The position numbers and the translations under genes were made by a program. A stretch of 63,477 nt of DNA, filler included, from Octopus bimaculoides (taxonomy: Eukaryota), in NCBI RefSeq assembly GCF_001194135.2. It is 8 parts of 7 records of this genome, joined end to end, with 100 filler letters (N's around TTAATTAATTAA, not from the genome) between each part and the next. Parts side by side here need not be neighbours in the genome. Positions count along the whole stretch, not along the records: positions 23,961 to 45,230 come from NC_068988.1; positions 45,331 to 52,883 come from NC_068982.1; 6 more parts are not named here. The stretch is one strand, 5' to 3'. The notes beneath the pieces were generated by a model. The model searched no databases, had not been told where the DNA came from, and saw only the letters and a program-made list of their open reading frames with translations. Below, in pieces: positions 38,908 through 50,159 of this stretch (the stretch's first letter is position 1; the number at the start of each line of letters is the position of its first letter).

Positions 38908-40346
38908 GTAAAGTTAAACAATTGTCGTGCTGACGACTATTAAGCCAGAAACATTTGTCCACGTTTGCTGTTTTATCATCAGTCAATAACTCTGACTTTT
39001 GATTAATGTCATATCAACTTTGCAGAATTCTTGAGGTTTTCTCCCATTCGCACATGGTTATGCTATTTGAAGTTGATAATTATAACATACTATCTAGAAA
39101 CGGATGCACTGTTAATAAATCAAGAATGTATGTTATAAGGTATTTGATATGCCTGTATTTGTTAATGTTGTCCAAATACAGGCCACTGAGTTATTTCTCT
39201 TGGTTCATTTTTGTTCAAATTATCAACATAAAATTGTAACACCAGTGTGATATGATGAGTCATGGCTTTCCAGCACTATCGATACCGTCACTCCAAAGTC
39301 GTCAAAAAACAAAACCAAAAATTTCTAAAATAGGCTCTAACAGTAAAAAGAATGACGGAGTCATTTGAGTGTCGGAGTTTTGCGCTCTGATTTCCGAATA
39401 TTTGAGCTCCGAGTTCAATTTCCACCTAAGTAAACTTTGCATCCTTTACATCATTCCGTTGTAGTTAAAGGGGCTACAAGTCAATTTGTTAGGGTTTTTT
39501 TTTACTTCTCTCGTTTTCAAAATCAACTATACTGTCGTAGAGGATCAATTGTTATGTTCCTTTTCTCACAGAAAATTGAAGGAGAGCTGAGCATTGTGCC
39601 AGCAACCTCTTGTCAATTGACAGAATACAATAATTATTCAAAGAAAATAGAAGATTGCGTGTGTAGTTGGATATTTTGTACGCACGAAACGGTTCTTAAA
39701 CACTCACACAAACACGCACACACACTTATAAACTTTTATATGTTGTGTTTGTGTGCGTGTGTGTATGTTAGTCTTTTGGTTGATGTCTGTCAGGAAGAGT
39801 ATATAGCAGAGAAAATGGAAGAAAGAAAGTTGGAGGAGGGAAAACAAGGGATGAATGACAGGCAAAAGAAAGAAAGAGAGAAAAATAGAAAGAGGAGAGG
39901 TGTGTTGATGGCCGGGCTTGTAAAATAAGAGAAAAATGAACGCCAATGAATCGCAATATAGAAACGTATTTATATGCGCGCGCACACACACACGGATTAA
40001 GAACTGTGGTAGTTTGTCGTAATTATAATATTGGTTATGATGTTATTTGATGGATGAAGTGATTGCGGTTGTACTAGTCCTTAAGAAATGGCAGCTAAGA
40101 CTTTATATATTTATTATATAATTTTTTTTATGTACTAACATTTAGATTCATAAAAATCTCGGAAGATTTAACGCATGCACATTATTGCAATAGTAGTCTG
40201 CAAATAGACATTATTTTCCTAAATAGGCGACTGTAACATTTCTGTAATATTATTCTCATCTCCTCAATGTTTCCTATGTCGTAACTATGGAACGTGAGTC
40301 TACGTATGTTATTTTCAACATGTGTTGCTCTATATGTAAATTTTTG

Positions 40347-41225
40347 AGATCTATTTCATCTCAAACGCAGATTTTTTAATTAATTATTTTTTAACTAAAC
40401 AGTTTGAAACTTAGAATACTGGTAGAATTTCTCACGTAGAACATGGTTTACTCTTAACGTTTTTGACAAAATGTCGTATTTTAGAAGTTATTTCGTGTTA
40501 AAATTGTCGTATTTCGGTAATTTCAACCAATCAACGACGTGTATTCGGTTGCAGAAAGTTACTGCAGTTTGCGATATTAATCGAAGAGGAAAAACGTCCG
40601 GGTTATCTCTACCAAATGTCACCACTCTGTTCTATTCTAGTCATCACCGTGCATTCCTTACTCTTTCCTTCCCTTCTACACTATCAACTAGCAACCAGCG
40701 AGCGAACTTGTCACTGCCACTACAATTACCGTATTTTACGGTGGATAAGCCGCTATTTGTTTTGTTTTACCTTCATATTTTAATAATGTTAATTTTTTAT
40801 CTAATAAACTTTTGTATTGACGAAATGTGTTTGTTGTCGATTATAGTAAAATAAAATCATGACAATAACAATACATCTCATAGTTGTAAAATAAGGCATT
40901 TTGAAGCTACATATACATCAACAACAAAAAAGCTAGCTGTGGACTCGTGGTGACATTTAGTAGAGATGACCCAGAAGTTGTTCCTCTTCGATTATTATCG
41001 TAAAGAGCAGTAATTTTCTTCAACCGAATACACGTCGTTGATTGGTTGAAATTACCCCCCAAAACGACAACTTTAACACGAAATAGCTTCTGAAGTACTA
41101 AATTTTGTCAAAAACGTTCAGAGTAAACTGTGTTCTACGTGAGAAATTCTACCAGTATTCGGAGTTTCAAACTGTTCAGTTAAAAAAAATTAATTAAAAA
41201 TCTGTGATTGAGATGGAATAGATCT
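40347..41225. mobile_element. 879-bp non-autonomous DNA transposon with about 279-bp TIRs and an 8-bp TSD (AATTTTTG)
   Basis: 40347-40625 is the diverged reverse complement of 40947-41225; AATTTTTG occurs at 40339-40346 and 41226-41233. Confidence 0.88.
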
Positions 41226-42168
41226 AATTTTTGTTTGGGAAAAGGCCAAAACTGATTAAGCAGATCTATGACAAAACTATACTCCATGGATGTTTTGCCT
41301 TTTATTTCAGTGGCTACATTGAGCAATTCTCATTCAATATTTTTTAAGACAGGAGGTTGTTATATGTGCGGAATTTAGCCAAATGATTGCGCAGTTACTT
41401 CTTGGTATTTTGACAAAAATTAAAATGACATATCTGTTCCATACAATTCCAACATTTTATTATGGTTTCACCACATACTCTCGATGTTTACTCAAAATAA
41501 AGTCAGACGACATAGGTTGATATAGCTTCCAATGAGTGAAGTCTCCGGTGCTGTTAACAGGCCCCAATATATTCTGCCGACCTTCTAAAACTTCAGTTAA
41601 TCCTATTCTTTGGTTTGCAACATTGTTGTATTCGACACCCAGAGGAAACGTTGGCCTCTCAGATGTTTGAACTCATAGAGCAACGAGTTGGAACAAAGAC
41701 AGTTAGGTATAGTATCCAGCATTCAAACTACTACTAATACTCCGTCAAGCAAACACACAAACACACACACATACACACACACTCATATGTACACATATTT
41801 ACAACAACCCATGATTGAAAACACTTTCAAATATCGCGATGTAGGATGAGAGCCACAACTATATGATATCGTTCATAATGTGTAGAAAAGGGAACCTCTT
41901 TGGTATTTAGACGCGGAATATAGCGAGAAAAACAAAACAAAATATTTAAAATTATTTGCCTGTCAACCTATAATAGCCGAGCAGTGTAAATCATGTGTGT
42001 TGTCATTCACATGACCTTCTTAAGGTAAACATTAAATAACCACAAACTAACGTTGTCTGATGTTATCTGTAACGCGTCAACTAGTTGAGTTATGAGATTA
42101 GCTTCGCAGTTTATAGTGACAAAAAAGAATGAATGAATGCATAATGTCTGTTTGTGTATACACATTAA

Positions 42169-42215
<47 letters not shown>

Positions 42216-42250
42216 NNNNNNNNNNTAGACACACACATGTAAATAACTAT

Positions 42251-42871
42251 ATATCTTAAATACAATGAGACAACAAAGCCTAGGCTGTATGGAATTTATA
42301 GGAAATTTATAAAGAGAAAGATAGTCTAACAGCTGTTTCTGGGACATTAGGGATATCCTTTCTTCAGAGACGATATGAGAGAGTTAACTAGAGGGAAATA
42401 TTGCAGTTCAATATAAGGAGTTATTTGGGAGAATGATGGATATAGGAAGTATAAAGGGAATAAAAAAAATAAAAATAAAAATTTATGTGGGATGTTACAG
42501 TTGCAGTTGCATTATCTAAGGAAAGTGCTGTGTAGAATGGGTAGAAATGCTTCTTGTCCATGGTATATAGATTTCGATAGTTCATATTTTGTTATTACAA
42601 ATGGAAAGTGTGGAGACATCAATTTCATGTGCTGTTCATGTGGAGACATAAATTCCATTTGCTGTTTGAATGAACAGCACATGGAAATTATGTCTTCACA
42701 CTTTATATTGAACTCTAATATTTCCCTCTAGTTAACTCTCTTATATCGTCTGTGATGAAGGGATATCCCTAACATCCCAGAAACAGCAATAAGACTGCCT
42801 TTCTCTTCATAAATAATGTCTTATAAATTCCACACAGACTTGGCTTTGCTGTCTCATTTTACTTAACATAT
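42251..42871. mobile_element. Palindromic MITE-like element with about 165-bp arms and a nested inner hairpin
   Basis: 42251-42416 is the diverged reverse complement of 42703-42871; 42605-42639 pairs with 42670-42704. No clear TSD. Confidence 0.7.
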
Positions 42872-43000
42872 TCCTGCTCACACCAGACCCGCATTAGACT
42901 CCTCACACGTATTATAATCGAACCGAGAGTCTAACTACGGTCCTCCTGTAGCACTCACATTGCTTTACCTGCCATCTTGGGTCTTCCGGATACCAATACA

Positions 43001-43045
<45 letters not shown>

Positions 43046-43335
43046 GTCGTGTATATGTGCGTACATACACACACACACACATGCACACACACATGTACAC
43101 ACACACGGTGTATATATGTAATTTATTTTATTCGTATATGTATTTGATTGTAGCCATATGTTTGATGAAAACTCGTATCTCTCTGCTCTCTGTAGTTAAG
43201 AGATACTCATTCTATCTATGACCGCATTCTTGATTCCAGATAGAGATTTGATCCGGACTTTATTTCATCCTAATTCATTGTATTGCCAGGAATTGTGTAA
43301 TTACAGCAAAGTACCGTGCATCTTAAGCTACTCCA

Positions 43336-43368
43336 CCCTAACCCTAACCCTAACCCTAACCCTAACCC
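43336..43368. repeat. Interstitial telomere-type repeat (CCCTAA)5
   Basis: ccctaa x5 plus ccc. Confidence 0.9.
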
Positions 43369-43369
43369 A

Positions 43370-44641
43370 AATACTTAGCTATTCATGTTAGCCACGCCTG
43401 GAGGAAGTCACCTACTTCCATTTGATGAAATATTTTACCCAGAATTGCAATGCTTAAGACTGCCAACAGACACAAAATTTCTCGTGCGTCAGGTGATTGA
43501 AAATTTTCTCCATGAACTAAACTGCTGCTTTGATTTAGAATGCCAAGCACAGGTTTGAAAGCCTCTAGCAACTGAGTGGCTTCCTTTTCAAAACTACCCA
43601 CAGATGTTCTATTGGGTTTAGATCAGGTGACATGGTAAGCCAAGGCAATACCTTTACCTTTTAATGTGATAAAAAGTTAGTCGTCATATTTGAAGTGTGT
43701 TTAGCGTCATTATCATATTGGAACATGGAATGTCTTCCTAGTTCCTTGATGTTTTTCAACACGGTTTCCTGCAATATGCCGTAATAAAGCCTTGAATGAA
43801 TTTTTCTCTCAATAAATGTGAGCCCCCACCCCAACACACATATACACCAGCTGCACTCATGCATCCCCAAAGCATAACACCTCCGCCGCCGTGTTTCACG
43901 GTTGGCACGGTACATTTCTCGCTATTATCCTTATCTAGTCGTCACCATACTCATTCAATACCATCTAACCCAAACAAGTTGATTTTAGTTTCGTTAGAAT
44001 ACAGAATTTTATTCCAAAACTCTTTCCCCTTACTCGAATAAGTTTCGACAAAAGAAAGAGGACTTGATTTATGCCTGGTAGTGAGGATAGGCTTCCTACG
44101 AGGAATGCGCCTACGAAGACCACACTGGTTGAAACTTCGGCGAACTCTTTCCTCTAACAGAAGACACTTCTTGGGACAAAAATGAAGCGGTAGGACGCCT
44201 GTCGTCCATCACGCAACGTTGGATGTGACGAATATCACGCGCATTTAAAAGAGAGGGATAACCTAGACGAAGTTTATTGCTTAGCCGTCCAGTACATCTG
44301 TACTTCTGAATTACCTTGGCAATTGTGTTTACGCTAATATGTATTCGTTTGCTAATTAACTTGCATCCTAAACCATTCTTGTGCAAATTAAAAATAATTC
44401 TCTTCAAATCTTCAGACAATTCTTTTCATTCTGGTGCCATTTTAATGAAAATGAAGATTTTCACCACGGTACACAAATCAGAATTACTGCGGATACAATA
44501 ACAATGACAGTGCAAATGTGCCAGGCGAAATAATTTATTAGAATTGAAATTATCATGAATATCTGAATTTATTAAAAAAGTGAATAAAATATTGAATATA
44601 ACAAATTTCCCTTAGGGTGTACATACTTCTGTGAGATACTG
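43370..44641 (-). mobile_element. Degenerate Tc1 (DD34E) transposon with one TIR retained
   Basis: Paired-like HTH (SEDLKRIIFNLHKNGLGCKLISKRIHISVNTIAKVIQKY), [25 protein letters not shown] and SPDLNPIEHLW. The TIR CAGTATCTCACAGAAGTATGTACACCC lies at 44641-44615; the other TIR is not seen. Confidence 0.92.
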
Positions 44642-45065
44642 AATATATATATATATATANNNNNNNNNNNNNNNNNNNNNNNNNNNNNNNNNNNNNNNNN
44701 NNNNNNNNNNNNNNNNNNNNNNNNNNNNNNNNNNNNNNNNNNNNNNNNNNNNNNNNNNNNGTATATACATATACATAGGTGGATAGAAATACTTAACTCT
44801 CAGCAATATACACGGTATCATTTGAAACATTAATTTAATATATAACTAATATATTTCACATGCCCATTACAATCTGTGTACTGCATTACATCAGAAGCGA
44901 TTTCGCAGCAATTCCAGAGAAAAGGGTACTATCCATGGAGATAAGAGGAACTTCCTTCGCAAATATTTTCTCCTACATCCTGTTTCGAGATTGTGAAAAA
45001 TCAATCAGAAAACTCCGTCCGTTGTTATTTGGTTTCTTCCTCTCTTCCCTTATATTTCTTTACAG

Positions 45066-45123
45066 CCTTTAGAAAAAATCCAGCTGAATGTAAAACAAAC
45101 TGGCAAAGCACGGTGCTTCCAGC
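45066..45123 (+). CDS. Candidate 58-nt internal exon (PLEKIQLNVKQTGKARCFQ or xFRKNPAECKTNWQSTVLP)
   Basis: Very strong polypyrimidine tract plus tacAG acceptor; moderate GTAAAT donor; two open frames; no family recognised. Confidence 0.25.
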
Positions 45124-45509
45124 GTAAATCATTGTCGTCCAGGTCGAAATGATGAATCATGTGTATATGTATGTGTGCTTGCATGCAAGCGTGTATACGC
45201 ATGTATATATATATATATATATATATATATNNNNNNNNNNNNNNNNNNNNNNNNNNNNNNNNNNNNNNNNNNNNTTAATTAATTAANNNNNNNNNNNNNN
45301 NNNNNNNNNNNNNNNNNNNNNNNNNNNNNNTACAAATATATATAACATACAGAAAATTGCACTACTGGGTACTGCACACATTCTACGCAAAACACTTTCA
45401 ATACAGTAAACATAAGAGCACCACAGCAAACCACAGCACATACCCAAGGCGCACAGAGCTGCGCTCGGTAGTGAAGTGAAAGCACGTTATAAAAATAAAA
45501 CTACTGAAC

Positions 45510-45544
<35 letters not shown>

Positions 45545-45690
45545 CATTGAAAAATACCTTAGGAACCCAGTTTCGAAATTTCCCCAAGACACCTGATGAA
45601 GGCTGGAGGGTATATCGGCCGAAACGTTGTGTTAACAACAAACAAGATGAAGACAAATATCCGTCAATTGTAAATAATGTAAATAATGTT
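45545..45690 (+). mobile_element. Short Penelope-like terminal repeat fragment
   Basis: Contains the cctgatgaagg...ccgaaacgttg motif typical of PLE termini; flanked by (AAT)n and (GTT/GCT)n. Confidence 0.6.
45588..45633 (+). ncRNA. Minimal type I hammerhead ribozyme motif
   Basis: Stem I GACAC(45588-92)/GTGTT(45629-33); core CTGATGA (45593-99) plus an extra A; stem II GGCTGG/TCGGCC with an 8-nt loop; GAAA (45621-24); palindromic ACGT in place of helix III; GUU triplet ending at 45628. Confidence 0.65.
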
Positions 45691-45957
45691 GTTATTCTTG
45701 TTGTTGTTATCATTGCTGCTACAGCTGCTGCTGTTGTTGTTGTTGTTTAGCTACGAAACAAACCGTATCGATGAACCCATATTTATAGGCGTTCCCGCTG
45801 TGAACATCCCGTCTTTCTAGAGTTATCTAGAAATAAATTATACAATATAGCCTTTCTCATAAAAGATGGTAAAGTGTGTTTGGAGAAAGATTTAGTTGCT
45901 ATTTCTTGCAAGTCAAGCGACTTGCATCGGCTTTGTTTCGTTGATTCATATATATAT

Positions 45958-46626
45958 GGACTTAGTGACTAGAGTATTCGGCTCATGATCGTAATGTCGT
46001 GCGTTCAATTCCCGGTGACGCATTGTATCTTTTGAGCAAGACACTTTATTTCGCGTTGCTCCACTCCACTCAGCTAGGGAAAAAAAATTGAGTAGTACCT
46101 GTATTTCAAAGGATCAGCCTTGTCACATTCTGTGCCACGCTGAATCTCCCTGAGAACTACGTTGAGGGGACACATGTATGTGGAGTGCTCAGCCACTTGC
46201 ATGTTAATTTTACATGCAGGTTGTTCCGTTGATCAAATCAGCTGGAAATCCCGTTGTCATAACCGACGGAGTGCCAGTTCTGTGTGTGTGTGTGTGTGTG
46301 TGTGTGAAGGCGCGTGGTTTAGTGGTTAGGGTATTCGGCTCAGGATCTAAGGTCGTGAGTTCGATTCCCAGCGACACGTTGTGTCCTTGAGCAAGAAACT
46401 TTATTTCACGTTGCTCCCGTCCTCACAGCTAACAAAAATGAGAAGTACCTGTATTTCAAAGTATCAGCCTTGTCCCATTCTGTATTACACTGAATCTCCC
46501 TGAGAACTACGTTAAGGGTACACGTGACTATGGAGTGCTCAGTCAATTGCATGTTAATTTCACGAGCAAGCTGTTCCGTTGATCGGATCAACTGGAACCC
46601 TCGTCGTCGTAACCAACGGAGTGCCA
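45958..46626 (+). mobile_element. Two head-to-tail copies of a second tRNA-derived SINE family (45958-46276 and 46306-46626) joined by (TG)n
   Basis: Copy 2 has an A box TGGTTTAGTGG (46315-25) and a B box GTTCGATTCC (46359-68); both bodies align end to end and end in ..acggagtgcca. Confidence 0.88.
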
Positions 46627-46756
46627 CGTCACATTATATGTCCTGGGTATGACTTTACCCTACAGACAGTAGAAGGGCCCTGGTTCAGGAGTTCCAGGGT
46701 TCTGAGGAGTGTAGAACCACCTCTTAGCCACTATTGTTCCAAGGTCGACTCTAACC

Positions 46757-46824
46757 CACTAGCGTAGCTAGAGTGTGTGTCGCCCGGGGTGAACTGCCCC
46801 CCCCACCCACCAGCTACGCTAGTG
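46757..46824. mobile_element. 68-bp mini-MITE with a 13-bp perfect TIR and an 8-bp TSD (hAT-like)
   Basis: CACTAGCGTAGCT (46757-69) / AGCTACGCTAGTG (46812-24); CTCTAACC at 46749-56 and 46825-32. Confidence 0.9.
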
Positions 46825-47522
46825 CTCTAACCTGAAGTAGTAGCATTTGTCAGGGCCCATCTATATCATGGAATTACCTCCGAAACGTCACTCACAGACA
46901 TCCCAACGAACTCAGGGCTGATGAAACCCTTCAGCGCTTTAGCTGTTCATCTAATAGACAGTAACTTCTTACAAATCCTATATCTTGATAACTCCTGGAC
47001 TCATGGCATTTGTTGCTTCAGACCAGTTAAAATTCTAAGGACGAGTGAACAGGACTAGCTCTGTACAAACCATACCCACTATAATAGTATTAATGGTACA
47101 GGATTTTCAACAAGCTGAACTCTCGTTCATCCACGCGACGAGAAAGTCAACAACGTCTCATCCTAGATCTTAAAGCACAGTACGGTTTATCAGTCGGATG
47201 TTGCAATATAATTCTAAGATTACTCATACGCTATGTCTTTAATATAACGTCATAGTCACGATATACAGACATCTGATGTTCACACAACAGTGATGAAATA
47301 CGAAAAAGTCGCAACACTAATTTGGTCGTTAGACTTGCTACACTTAGCACTCGGTCACTCGCTCTTATGTTGTATAAAAATGTAATTGGCTTCATATTAA
47401 AGATATGCTTTTATTGAATATTTGCAATAGCGATCTAATCAGCGCAATAAAGATTCGATATGTAAAAATCAAATACACATCACACATAGATACCAACGTA
47501 AATATACATATATACATATATA

Positions 47523-47560
<38 letters not shown>

Positions 47561-48372
47561 NNNNNNNNNNNNNNNNNNNNNNNNNNNNNNNNNNNNNNNN
47601 NNNNNNNNNNNNNNNNNNNNNNNNNNNNNNNNNNNNNNNNNNNNNNNNNNNNNNNNNNNNNNNNNNNNNNNNNNNNNNNNNNNNNNNNNNNNNNNNNNNN
47701 NNNNNNNNNNNNNNNNNNNNNNNNNNNNNNNNNNNNNNNNNNNNNNNNNNNNNNNNNNNNNNNNNNNNNNNNNNNNNNNNNNNNNNNNNNNNNNNNNNNN
47801 NNNNNNNNNNNNNNNNNNNNNNNNNNNNNNNNNNNNNNNNNNNNNNNNNNNNNNNNNNNNNNNNNNNNNNNNNNNNNNNNNNNNNNNNNNNNNNNNNNNN
47901 NNNNNNNNNNNNNNNNNNNNNNNNNNNNNNNNNNNNNNNNNNNNNNNNNNNNNNNNNNNNNNNNNNNNNNNNNNNNNNNNNNNNNNNNNNNNNNNNNNNN
48001 NNNNNNNNNNNNNNNNNNNNNNNNNNNNNNNNNNNNNNNNNNNNNNNNNNNNNNNNNNNNNNNNNNNNNNNNNNNNNNNNNNNNNNNNNNNNNNNNNNNN
48101 NNNNNNNNNNNNNNNNNNNNNNNNNNNNNNNNNNNNNNNNNNNNNNNNNNNNNNNNNNNNNNNNNNNNAATTATATATATTGCTGATTTCGATAAGTTCG
48201 GGCTGTCTTGTCAATGACCTTATGGTTCTATGTATATTTTTAGTGAATTCTGACGTTAATGCTTTTGTACAACTTATCCTCTAACACCATTATCACTTAG
48301 TTATCTTCAATATATATATAAACTACTTGTCTCTCTCCAACCCCTATCTCTCTTGCTTTCTCTCTCTCCCTC

Positions 48373-48417
<45 letters not shown>

Positions 48418-48936
48418 TTCCCTCCATCTTTTTCTTTTTGTCTTCTTATCTGTCTGCCTTTTCTTTTTAATCTTCTCGTCTTCCTTTTGTTCTTAATCTC
48501 TTTTGTCCACCTTTTCATCTGTCTCTCCTTTTTCTCCTCCATCTACTTCTTTTCCTACTGCCTTTTTTGTTTTCTTTTTCTCCTTCTTTCCTTCCTTTTT
48601 GTTATCTACCTACACAAACATCTCAGTCCTACTTGAGAATAAACTTTATTACTCATGCCGATTTTAATTCATTTTACATATGTGTGTATATATTAACCCC
48701 ACTCATATCGAACTTATATGAACAAAATTAACCCGAGCATATAAACAGTATCTGCAGGTACACAACTTACATAGTGACGAAGCAGACGACCGATAATACT
48801 TTCATGTTACTATCAAACTTCCAAAAATTATATTGATTCTACCTAATTGTTTTCAATCAATGTTTTTACTGTCTTAATCTATGATTATATGCAAAACACA
48901 TTAATATTTGAGCAAAAGAGAAAGAGAGAGAAAAAG

Positions 48937-49008
<72 letters not shown>

Positions 49009-49021
49009 CGTNNNNNNNNNN

Positions 49022-49072
<51 letters not shown>

Positions 49073-49164
49073 CGTGTGTATATGTGTGTGTGTGCCTGCT
49101 TGCGTGCGTGTGTATTCGATTAATAATGCTTGCTGTGTATAATTGAATACAAAGACCGTTAATG

Positions 49165-49266
49165 TGTGTGTGTTTGCATGTGTGTGTGTTTGCATGTGTG
49201 TGTGTTTGCATGTGTGTGTGTTTGCATGTGTGTGTGTTTGCATGTGTGTGTGTTTGCATGTGTGTG
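49165..49266. repeat. 14-bp minisatellite (TGTTTGCATGTGTG) x about 7, followed by (GATA)n at about 49300-49376
   Basis: Directly visible. Confidence 0.9.
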
Positions 49267-49298
49267 TAATATATGAAGAAAAGAGAGGATGGAGATAT

Positions 49299-49377
<79 letters not shown>

Positions 49378-49818
49378 AATGAGTGATTGATTAATAGATA
49401 TATAGTATAGATACAATTATAGATATAAATCAGTATCTCTGATGAATAGATCCAACGAATGTATCAAAGATATCGATCTGTATATAGTTGGGAATGAAAG
49501 AAATAAAAGACTACATTTAATAAAACTCATTGGTATATTGTAACAACACAATTTTTATCTCAGAGTCTTGCCTATCCCCTCTCATTCGATCAACTGTGAA
49601 TTACAAAAGAAAATCATTTTCGCACTTATCTTCCTAATAACTTAATATCTGTATTTACCCCCCACACAAGCACACACACGCACACACGCGCACACACATA
49701 CTCGTACATGGTCACACATCAACGTATAAATTGTATGTAGTGTGACCGTTGTTTAGACATGTGAGTGAGGGTGGGTGTGTGTGCGTACGTGCGCGTGTGT
49801 GTGTGTGCGCGCGCGCGT

Positions 49819-49852
<34 letters not shown>

Positions 49853-50159
49853 AAATGTGTGTCATCAAGTGTAGAGAGATAAAAAGGTTGACAGGTAGAC
49901 GAAGAGATATGCATTTATAAACAAGCACCGCGCGCCACGTAAACACCCACACACTATTAGGCGTGTACGTACATACATGCATAATACATACATACAAACA
50001 TACATACATACATACATACAGGAACTGTAAAAATCTGTAAAACTTTCCAGAAGTTTATCATTTAAATATATATGAGCACGTCTAGATATGCAACTATATG
50101 CATGAGAATACATGCATATTTAGCTATTTCACTTTACATTCTAATTCAATTTTTCTCCA

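Noticed and set aside
46306-46380. tRNA-like sequence with A and B boxes
   Set aside because: It continues directly into a SINE body and lacks a proper acceptor stem: a SINE head, not a tRNA gene.
46757-46824. CACTA/EnSpm assignment from the CACTA start
   Set aside because: CACTA elements make 2-3 bp TSDs, whereas this element has an exact 8-bp TSD.
46880-46931. GAAACGTC...GACATC...CTGATGA in type II hammerhead order
   Set aside because: Stem II cannot form, stem I is only 2 bp and helix III has a mismatch next to the core.
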